From Macrostomum lignano (Eukaryota), in the NCBI GenBank assembly GCA_002269645.1, contig NIVC01003588.1, forward strand, positions 1-64,000: DNA of 64,000 bases, written 5' to 3'. Shown one piece after another: positions 10,880 to 37,809 of the stretch; position 1 is the first letter of the stretch; each line of letters opens with the position of its first letter. The notes beneath the pieces are model-generated. The model did not search any database. It worked only from the letters and a program-made list of their open reading frames with translations, and was not told the DNA's origin. Made by a program: the position numbers and the translations under genes.

Positions 10880-11725
10880 AACCATTTGATTAGTAGACAG
10901 ATTAGCGACAGGATCGAGATGGATTAGTAGACGGATTAGCGACAGGATCGAGATGGATTAGTAGACGGATTAACGACAGGATCGAGATGGATTAGTAGAC
11001 GGATTAGCGACAGGATCGAGATGGATTAGTAGACGGATTAACGACAGGATCGAGATGGATTAGTAGACGGATTAACGACAGGATCTAGATGGATTAGTAG
11101 ACGGATTAACGACAGGATCTAGATGGATTAGTAGACGGATTAACGACAGGATCTAGATGGATTAGTAGACAGATTAGCGACAGGATCGAGATGGATTAGT
11201 AGACGGATTAACGACAGGATCTAGATGGATTAGTAGACGGATTAGCGACAGGATCTAGATGGATTAGTAGACAGATTAGCGACAGGATCGAGATGGATTA
11301 GTAGACGGATTAACGACAGGATCTAGATGGATTAGTAGACGGATTAACGACAGGATCTAGATGGATTAGTAGACAGATTAGCGACAGGATCTAGATGGAT
11401 TAGTAGACGGATTAACGACAGGATCTAGATGGATTAGTAGACAGATTAGCGACAGGATCTAGATGGATTAGTAGACGGATTAGCGACAGGATCTAGATGG
11501 ATTAGTAGACGGATTAGCGACAGGATCTAGATGGATTAGTAGACGGATTAGCGACAGGATCTAGATTGATTAGTAGACGGATTAACGACAGGATCTAGAT
11601 TGATTAGTAGACGGATTAGCGACAGGATCTAGATTGATTAGTAGATGGATTAGCAACCGGATCTAGATGGATTAGTAGAGGGATTAGCAACCGGATCTAG
11701 ATGGATTAGTAGAGGGATTAACCAC
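10880..11725. repeat. 34-bp minisatellite (GGATTAGTAGACGGATTAGCGACAGGATCTAGAT) in intron 4
   Basis: Direct periodicity. Confidence 0.96.
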
Positions 11726-11758
11726 CGAATCTAGACAAATCACAGCAATCCTCCGCAG

Positions 11759-11952
11759 CCGGAGAATATTCTGTGCCTGACTCCCAACGGCTATCGCATC
11801 AAGATCATCGACTTTGGCCTGTCCCGCTCGAACGCCGCCAACCTCCGCGTGATGTTCGGCACGCCTGAGTTCGTTTCGCCCGAGGTTCTGGCCTTCGACC
11901 CTGTGGGCCCGCCGGCCGATATGTGGTCCGTGGGCGTCATCTGCTACGTACT
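11759..11952 (+). CDS. MYLK: MLCK-family kinase exon 5 (PENILC..IKIIDFGL..FGTPEFVSPEV..DMWSVGVICYVL)
   Basis: DFG, GTPEF and DMWSVGV motifs; GT-AG boundaries. Confidence 0.97.
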
Positions 11953-11997
11953 GTGAGCCGCCGGCCTGGCCTACCGATGGGGCTTTGCTTTGAAAGT

Positions 11998-12425
11998 GAT
12001 AAGTGTATCGATGGAGTGAAAGTGTGTCGATAGAGTGACAAGTGTGTCGATAGAGTGACAAGTGTGTCGATTGAGGGACAAGTATGTCGATTGAGTGACA
12101 AGTGTGTCGAATGACTGACAAGTGTGTCGATGGATTGACAAGTATGTCGATTGATTGACAAGTGTGTCGAGTGACTGACAAGTGTGTCGATGGATTGACA
12201 AGTGTGTCGAATGACTGACAAGTGTGTCGATGGATTGAAAAGTGTGTCGATGGATTGACAAGTATGTCGATGGATTGAAAAGTGTGTCGATGGATTGACA
12301 AGTGTGTCGATGGATTGACAAGTGTGTCGATGGATTGACAAGTGTGTCGATGGAGTGACAAGTGTGTCGAAGGATTGACAAGTGTGTCGATGGATTGACA
12401 AGTGTGTCGATGGAGTGACAGATGG
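11998..12425. repeat. 20-bp minisatellite (CAAGTGTGTCGATGGATTGA) in intron 5
   Basis: Direct periodicity. Confidence 0.96.
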
Positions 12426-12573
12426 TGTGGAAGGTGTTTTGGATAGATCTGCAGTGAAGTGGATGTGTGCGTATGCAGTGAAAATCCGTCAGCAGTCCAA
12501 ATTGCAGTTGCTGGGTGACATTCTATGGCATACTAGTAAATAGCTCGTAAATATCGCAGTTTATGGTTTACTT

Positions 12574-14207
12574 CAAGGACAACTTGATAACTCAGGACCG
12601 GAAACGAGCCAATTCATGGCGAAAAAAGTATGAGGCTCGTTTAAAAGCATTGTTCTATGGCCCATCCAAAGCTACGAAAGCGAAGAAATCTGAGCTTAAA
12701 ATTGAGTTCTTCGCATGCACTTGCAATTGAGAGAGAGAACTTTTATTCTTGCTGAAACTAAATATCATGCCGAGAAAATGCAGCGTCATTTTCTGTTGTG
12801 CAAACTACAATAGTAACCGTGATCGGAATGTTGCAGTATTTTCATTTCCTAAAGATGCAACTGAATGAGATCGGCTTGGCGACTGTCTCTGTCTAATCAA
12901 CTGACGGTAAGACTTTCTTCAAATGTGCTTTGTGAATCAGATTTAGCCTGTCCACATGAATTCATTAACAATTCTGTTGTTGTTTAGACCGTGACAGACT
13001 ACATGGGCGTGTGTGCTAAGCACTGGCCTCAAGATGCACCAATGATAAAAAAGGGAAGAAATGAAAGGCCGCTACATCCTCCATCAGTTTTCGACGGAGT
13101 CCCGCAGTCCTGCCTCGTTCAAACACAAGGTTTGTGAAGTTCTACTGCTTTAATTCAAATATTCGAGCGTATTTGCACTCCATCAATTAGGGTCGAAACG
13201 AAACACTAAGATGCGTGCTTGGATATTGCAGTGCGTGCCAGTCGACAGGCTGAGGGAAGGGGCGTGCTGTTGTCCGAACGATGCCTTTTCCAAGATGAAC
13301 TAGTAGAATTTCGAGAGCGTGACACGCTGCGATCGTGGACTGAATTCCGAGCATCTATTCACTGTTCAGACGTCATCAAAGCACATCAGCCTATTGTTAC
13401 CATTGTTCAAGAGGAGGTGTTTATCTTCTCGTTAAGCGCCAATGCCGAAATGGTTCTGCGAGTTTTCGTTTCACCAAACTATTCCGTGCGATGCTTTCGG
13501 TTACACTCACCAGTCGCGGTTCGAGATCTGCTTGGATCCTGCCGAAAATTTAAACACGGCCCACTCGGTGAATTCACTGAAATGATTTCCCGGGGAAAGT
13601 TGAAGCACCCGCTCTCCAGTTTCTCCTGGCCTCTCGCCGTCCTGAGCACCCCTGCTACCACCTTTCCGCCTGCCCGGCCCCTCGCCGGCGCATGAAGCCG
13701 TCCATTTTTACCGCACCATTCTTTGACGATTCCTGGCAGCCAGTCGAAGCCCCGGCGGTCCTCGACGACGCGGCAGCCTGGGACTGAGGCTCAATCACAT
13801 CGACGGCCTACCTCCTAACCGCGTCGTCGGCCTTCGCCCCGACGTCTGCGATTCCGACTCAGCGACAACAACTTCCTTGAAGCAGATGTTCTGGGATGCT
13901 GCGTGCGCCTCACCAACTGTTTCTTCAATGGTTATGTTCAACGAGGAGCAAAGAGCGCTCCTTTGCCAGATAAAGTGCACGATTGAAAAATACTGAAGTT
14001 GAGTGGATGTATTCAACATTTTAGAAAACCGACCCTGCACCCGCCTTCTGACTGCCTATCAAAAAGTCAAATATGATACGAGTATACATTGGCAACTAAA
14101 AGCATGCGCATACGGACGGGCCATAGAACAATGCTTTTAAACGAGCCTCATACTTTTTTCGCCATGAATTGGCTCGTTTCCGGTCCTGAGTTATCAAGTT
14201 GTCCTTG
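12574..14207 (+). mobile_element. Non-autonomous P-superfamily (THAP) DNA transposon, 1634 bp, 94-bp TIRs, 8-bp TSD GTTTACTT
   Basis: TIRs 12574-12667 and 14114-14207 begin CAAGG and differ by one base; GTTTACTT at 12566-73 and 14208-15; internal THAP and transposase C-terminal remnants. Confidence 0.92.
12767..14000 (+). pseudogene. Spliced, decayed THAP-transposase (MPRKCSVIFCCANY..VFSFPKD / VCAKHW..PPSVF / SRGKLKHP / RLTNCFFNGY..KILKLS)
   Basis: C2CH THAP signature over two exons (donor 12907, exon 12988-13129, acceptor 13190); premature TGA at 12866, frameshifts, catalytic core missing. Confidence 0.8.
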
Positions 14208-14367
14208 GTTTACTTTTAGCAGTTGACTTTATTCTTATTATGCTAATCAATCAATCAGCAGTCAATCAATCAATCAGTTTGGAGCAGCGCCAATCAGAAT
14301 CCAAGTCTGTTACTCCCTTTCTCTCTCTCAGCCAGCCCTGATTGTTGCTACTCAATCAACATTCCAG

Positions 14368-14520
14368 CCTGTCGGGCCTCTCCCCCTTCATGGGCAAGCG
14401 GGACGCGGACACGTACGTCAACATTGCCCGGGTCAACTATTCGTTCAATTATTCCGAATTTGACGAGATCTCGACCGAGGCCAAGGACTTTGTCAAACAG
14501 CTGCTTATCAAGGACCCCAA
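14368..14520 (+). CDS. MYLK: MLCK-family kinase exon 6 (LSGLSPFMGKRDADTYVNI..ISTEAKDFVKQLLIKDP)
   Basis: Continues CYVL|LSGLSPF in frame; donor GTGAGG at 14521. Confidence 0.96.
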
Positions 14521-14699
14521 GTGAGGAAGATCTTATGTTGGGGGGGGGGTTGGCGAAAAGAGGCACAAATGGAAATCTTTTGTGCGAGCGGGAGTGTTCA
14601 AAATCTTGAAATTTTACAAGCTCTACTAGCGTTAGGAGGAAAGTGGGTAAGAGGGGCTCTACTAGGGGTGGGAGGAAAGTGGGTGGAAGGAAAATGGGG

Positions 14700-15205
14700 T
14701 AGGAGAGTGGGGTAGGAGAGTGGGGTAGAAGGAGAGTAGGGTAGGAGAGTGGGGTAGGAGAGTGGGGTAGGAGAGTGGGGTAGGAGAGTGGGGTAGAAGG
14801 AGAGTGGGGTAGGAGAGTGGGGTAGAAGGAGAGTGGGGTAGGAGAGTGGGGTAGGAGAGTGGGGTAGAAGGAGAGTAGGGTAGGAGAGTGGGGTAGGAGA
14901 GTGGGGTAGAAGGAGAGTGGGGTAGGAGAGTGGGGTAGAAGGAGAGTGGGGTAGGAGAGTGGGGTAGGAGAGTGGGGTAGAAGGAGAGTGGGGTAGGAGA
15001 GTGGGGTAGAAGGAGAGTGGGGTAGGAGAGTGGGGTAGGAGAGTGGGGTAGAAGGAGAGTGGGGTAGGAGAGTGGGGTAGAAGGAGAGTGGGGTAGGAGA
15101 GTGGGGTAGGAGAGTGGGGTAGAAGGAGAGTAGGGTAGGAGAGTGGGGTAGGAGAGTGGGGTAGAAGGAGAGTGGGGTAGGAGAGTGGGGTAGAGGGAGA
15201 GTGGG
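14700..15205. repeat. 13/16-bp purine-rich minisatellite (GGAGAGTGGGGTA) in intron 6
   Basis: A GGGG run every 13-16 bp. Confidence 0.96.
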
Positions 15206-15629
15206 GGATTAGTTCAGTTTTGCCGCACTCTGAGCGACATCACAAGTGTTTGAAAGCGATTTGCCGCACTGGCCCGTGCACCGGAGCGCGTAAAGGCTGA
15301 TTTGAAGGCTGAAAAAATAAGAGTGGAAATAGTAAATCACTGCACAGAACTGCAGCCGCTTTAGGCTTTGCGCGGGCAAGGCTTCGGGCAGGCAGTGCTT
15401 TGCTTCATTGCCCGGCTGATAGCTGCTTTCAGAGACGAAAAAAGTGCATAGGACCAGAGAAACCAGCGGAAACTGTTTGGACATCTCTGCTGCAGAGAAT
15501 CGCTCGATGAGGGAGGCTGCAAGCTGCTGATAAACAGTAGCGCAGACTTTCGCGCATTCGCTGCCAGATACAAAGTGAAGCCCAACATATCATGGAATAC
15601 TAAGTACAAAATCTGGAGTTAGAAGCTGC

Positions 15630-16900
15630 TGTCATGGAATTCTAGAGACAGTATCTGGCTGGTATAGAGACACCAGCTGAGGCCATGGAATTCTAGAGAC
15701 AGTATATCTGGGGTATAGAGACACCAGCTGAGGCCATGGAATTCTAGAGACAGTATATCTGGGGTATAGAGACACCAGCTGAGGCCATGAAACACTAGAG
15801 ACAGTATCTGGGGTATAGAGACACCAGCTGAGGCCATATGATTCTAGAGACAGTATCTGGTATAGAGACACCAGCTGAGGTCATGGAATTCTAGAGACAG
15901 TATCTGGTATAGAGACACTAGCTGAGGTCATGGAATTCTAGAGACAGTATCTGGTATAGAGACACCAGCTGAGGTCATGGAATTCTAGAGACAGTATCTG
16001 GTATAGAGACACCAGCTGAGGACATGGGATTCTAGAGACAGTATCTGGTATAGAGACACCAGCTGAGGACATGGGATTCTAGAGACAGTATCTGGTATAG
16101 AGACACCAGCTGAGGACATGGGATTCTAGAGACAGTATCTGGCTGGTATAGAAACACCAGCTGAGGCCATGGGATTCTAGAGACAGTATCTGGTATAGAG
16201 ACACCAGCTGAGGTCATGGAATTCTAGAGACAGTATCTGGTATAGAGACACCAGCTGAGGTCATGGAATTCTAGAGACAGTATCTGGTATAGAGACACCA
16301 GCTGAGGACATGGGATTCTAGAGACAGTATCTGGTATAGAGACACCAGCTGAGGACATGGGATTCTAGAGACAGTATCTGGTATAGAAACACCAGCTGAG
16401 GCCATGGAACACTAGAGACAGTATCTGGGGTATAGAGACACCAGCTGAGGACATGGGATTCTAGAGACAGTATCTGGTATAGAGACACCAGCTGAGGTCA
16501 TGGAATTCTAGAGACAGTATCTGGTATAGAAACACCAGCTGAGGACATGGGATTCTAGAGACAGTATCTGGCTGGTATAGAAACACCAGCTGAGGCCATG
16601 GGATTCTAGAGACAGTATCTGGTATAGAGACACCAGCTGAGGTCATGGAATTCTAGAGACAGTATCTGGTATAGAGACACCAGCTGAGGACATGGGATTC
16701 TAGAGACAGTATCTGGTATAGAGACACCAACTGAGGTCATGGAATTCTAGAGACAGTATCTGGTATAGAGACACCAGCTGAGGACATGGGATTCTAGAGA
16801 CAGTATCTGGTATAGAAGCACCAGCTGAGGCTATGGAATTATACAGACATGGAGTCTGGAGAGCCATGGAGAGACATTGAGAGACAGATACAGTATCTGA
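15630..16900. repeat. 47-bp minisatellite (GAGACAGTATCTGGTATAGAGACACCAGCTGAGGTCATGGAATTCTA) in intron 6
   Basis: Direct periodicity with 2-4 bp insertion variants. Confidence 0.96.
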
Positions 16901-17308
16901 AATGGAAGACAGTACCAGACACATCACCCACTGCTTTTTAAATCGCAACCGATTTCTCATCCAGATATCGTGTTTAGAAGCCCATGGCCCAATCCAAACG
17001 CGCGTCAAAAACTTGGCTTTGATGAATCATCGACGGCCCCAGGCTGCACCCTGGCCTCATCCGCCAAGCAGGGAGACTGGGGATTATCTATGTGATCCCC
17101 ACTTTATCTGCATCTCCTACCTTCCTCCCTAATACCCCGCCAGCGCGAGCGCCTGAACTTTTAAACACTTTTCCCAGATCCAATTATTGACTTCGGAACC
17201 TTGGGGTTCGAAGGAGGGCTTGTAAATATTGGGCTAAGAACTGGGCCTCCTGTACTTTTACTGACGGAGCCTTACACACCCTGCCGGCTTCCAATCCTTC
17301 CATTGCAG

Positions 17309-17354
17309 GCGGAGGAACACGGCTGCCCAGTGCCTGCAGCACGCCTGGCTGAAG
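17309..17354 (+). CDS. MYLK: MLCK-family kinase exon 7 (KRRNTAAQCLQHAWLK)
   Basis: Subdomain XI R..A..CL.H.WL; acceptor ttgcAG, donor GTAAAA; phases fit both neighbours. Confidence 0.9.
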
Positions 17355-17689
17355 GTAAAAAGCTGCTGAATGCGATGCCGCCTTCAGACCAAATAGTTTT
17401 CATTACCGTTTACCCGTGCGCTGGATTAGCGTAGCCCGTTCTATCACTGTTGGTTGCTGTGCCCCGTTTGGCATTACCAACCTGCACTGTACACTTTTCT
17501 CTGGTGCTTCGAATCTGTATTGATTCTCTACGATTATCTATTGATTATCTATGGTTATCTATTGATTATATGTGATTATCTCTGGTTATCTATGATTATC
17601 TATTGATTATCTATGAGTATCTAATGATTCTTTATTGATTTTTTATTTTTTATCTACCATCTGCTTTTATATGGATCTAACTCACTTTC

Positions 17690-18240
17690 GTCTCCTCTCA
17701 TCCCTTCATCTCTCCTCTCATCCCTTCATCTCTCCACTCATCCCTTCATCTCTCCACTCATCCCTTCATCTCTCCTCTCATCCCTTCATCTCTCCACTCA
17801 TCCCTTCATCTCTCCTCTAATCCCTTCATCTCTCTACTCATCCCTTCATCTCTCCACTCATCCCTTCATCTCTCCTCTAATCCCTTCGTCTCTCTACTCA
17901 TCCCTTCATCTCTCCACTCATCCCTTCATCTCTCCACTCATCCCTTCATCTCTCCTCTCATCCCTTCATCTCTCTACTCATCCCTTCATCTCTCCACTCA
18001 TCCCTTCATCTCTCCACTCATCCCTTCATCTCTCCACTCATCCCTTCATCTCTCCACTCATCCCTTCATCTCCCCACTCATCCCTTCATCTCTCCACTCA
18101 TCCCTTCATCTCTCATCTCATCCCTTCATCTCTCCACTCATCCCTTCATCTCTCCACTCATCCCTTCATCTCTCATCTCATCCCTTCATCTCTCCACTCA
18201 TCCCTTCATTTCTCCTCTCATCCCTTCATCTCTCCATTTT
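17690..18240. repeat. 20-bp pyrimidine-rich minisatellite (TCCCTTCATCTCTCCACTCA) in intron 7
   Basis: Direct periodicity. Confidence 0.96.
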
Positions 18241-18508
18241 TCCTTCATCTTTTCGCTCCACTATTCGTCTCCGCCCATCAATTCATTTTATTTGTTTATT
18301 AAACTCTGGATCTTTGATCCTTCATTACCTCTAATCTCTTCAGCTCGGTTCTCACACTTCATTGCTAATATTTTTCTTCATCTCCGCTCGCAGATATTAG
18401 AGAAAATACTTTTGACTATTGATAAATAAACTCATCAGAATTACTCACCCAAGTCTACTGTCAGTAGGCCGAAAGCGTATAATTTATAATTTTATTATCC
18501 ATCCCCAG

Positions 18509-18586
18509 AATCCGAAAAAGTCCACCAGGACCGGCCACGTGTGCAAGCGGCGCCTAAAGAGCTGGGTTTACCGGCGGAAGTGGCAC
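18509..18586 (+). CDS. MYLK: MLCK-family kinase exon 8 (NPKKSTRTGHVCKRRLKSWVYRRKWH)
   Basis: Acceptor ccccAG, donor GTGAGT; basic autoinhibitory segment leading to RRKW. Confidence 0.9.
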
Positions 18587-18676
18587 GTGAGTGGGCCTCG
18601 CTATCTGCTTCAATATCTGCGTATTCGAGTAGTCTGGTGTGCCAAAAATTTAAATTAAATCTTACTACCATTTCAG

Positions 18677-18730
18677 AAGGCCGTCTTTGCCATCGTGGCG
18701 CTGATTCGAATGGGCGGCTCCTTCGACTGA
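18677..18730 (+). CDS. MYLK: MLCK-family kinase exon 9 (KAVFAIVALIRMGGSFD*)
   Basis: With exon 8 gives RRKWHKAVFAIVALIRM, a 1-5-8-14 calmodulin-binding helix like that of MLCK; the nine exons sum to 1023 nt = 340 aa + stop. Confidence 0.88.
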   Translation, partial: KAVFAIVALIRMGGSFD

Positions 18731-18861
18731 CCGCCGAGTTGCTTCGTCATGACCGAGCCACTAAGAGCTGTCTGTCTGCTGAAACTCATTGCTTTCTTGG
18801 GCTTTGCTTTTGGCTCGAAACAATGGACAAGTATCGGGCATGTTTGATTAGATTATAATGT

Positions 18862-36138
<17,277 letters not shown>

Positions 36139-36852
36139 GCTGACCTCACAGCTTTACATGTAAATAAAAGGTATCTAAATTTGGGAAACTCCTCGTTGAA
36201 GTTTCACCGCAACTGTTTGCAAAGCTCGTGCCGCACACGATCAACAAAAACTGCTGCGCATCCATGCTTTCGGATCTGCTTTCAAAGAAAACGCAAAGCA
36301 GAAAAATTCTGCCCCTCGTATTTCGCGTGGGTGTCCGACGGAGTCAACTCCTCCACCAGCCACCGCTCCCGGTGAAATCTTCTGCTTCAGCCCTCTGCAC
36401 TTGCTAATTCCATTACTGACACGCTGGGCTGCGCAAAGGCAGGTCATTAGTCGGTCGGAGGTTTTCGGGTCTGCATTTTCCTAGAAACAGCTATGCTAGA
36501 AAAGAAATAATGCAGTGTAGAGGATGGCGGAGCCACTTTGTGCATCGCTGGCCGCCTACACAGCTGATGCTTCAGCATACGCGAGCTATTCTACACCAGA
36601 TGTTGCAGTCAAGAATTTGTCTATTCTAACGGTTTTAATAGATCTTCACTCATGGTCACGAGCTCGAAACCTTCAGTTCATTCTGGCGCCATCATGCAGA
36701 CTGATGTCAATCTAAACTGTCGAAAATATCGTCGAAATTTAGAGGTGCTAACTTTGAAAGCCTTGAAGCTATTGCTGTTCGATCCAAGGACTGGGGGTCG
36801 CCACACACACCCTTAATTACCCCAGCTAATGCTGGCAATTGTTCCAGTCGAA

Positions 36853-36917
36853 TCGGGAATCGAACCCCCGACCTTCAAGCCGGAAGTCCGACACTCTAAC
36901 CACTAGGCTACAAGCCC
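36853..36917 (-). mobile_element. tRNA-derived Pol III head (candidate SINE or tRNA pseudogene)
   Basis: Reverse complement GGGCTTGTAGCCTAGTGGTTAGAGTG..GGGGGTTCGATTCCCG has good A and B boxes and a T-arm; acceptor and anticodon stems do not pair. Confidence 0.7.
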
Positions 36918-37809
36918 ATTGAGGCGCCAAAAAGACGTCAGAGAATCAATCAGAATTATATTCGTTTCCATGACAACCCCTAAGCGTGCTGGGTTAACCT
37001 GGGCTATTCACGAAGCCCTATTAGACTCTGTTGACCATTAAGTTCGCCGCGAGCTCCCCATTGGCTGATGTGGGCGCAGCCAGTGCTTGGCACGGCATGG
37101 ATGGCTGCCTGCACTGCAGGCTTGCGTGGGCCTCAAGCAGCCCCCACCGCCGCCATCTTTTATCTTTAAAACGGCGGAGCGGGCAGGCCGGCTTTATACA
37201 AGAAGGAGCGGCTTATCTGAAGGCTGAGGCAATACGCGATAAAATGCTGCACCAGCAGCAGCAGAAGCAGCCACACATGCTGGAGACCTGAATGAGGCGT
37301 CTTAGCATCATTTAGCCTACTAGCTACTGATCTGAAAGACACTAGAGCCAGCTCCCGTGTCTACAGGCGCGCGCGCAAGGAGGCGGAGCAGGAACAGACA
37401 CGTTGGAGTCGGGTAGGTGTACATATGCCACAAAATGTCAAGCCAACTGTTTGGTTAATTAATGTTGCAGCAATCCGTCTGGACTAGCTAGGTAGATAGG
37501 ATAGATAGACAGCTCTCCGTCAGTTTGCCGTGAACTCGGGATAGAGTGAGAGTGGCTGCTTACCGTACCCTGTGGCAACTTCATTATGCAGGAATATCCT
37601 TAGCTCGTATTCGGAGTAGAGTCGGAGATGGCGGCAATCAGTCTGAGCTGTCCGACTGTCGCGTGTGCAGCGATGGAGAGCGGAGAGACAGGAGAGAGAA
37701 ATCAGGCAGAGAAAGGCGGTGATGAAGACAGATGATACTGGGAAGTGGATAGCGTGCCAAGTAAAGACTTTCATCACCGGATCTAGACACTGGCACTTTA
37801 TGACTGACT

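Noticed and set aside
15361-15609. Coding-like island in MLCK intron 6 as a missing exon
   Set aside because: The kinase is complete without it, and it has stops or no recognisable motif in the frames read.
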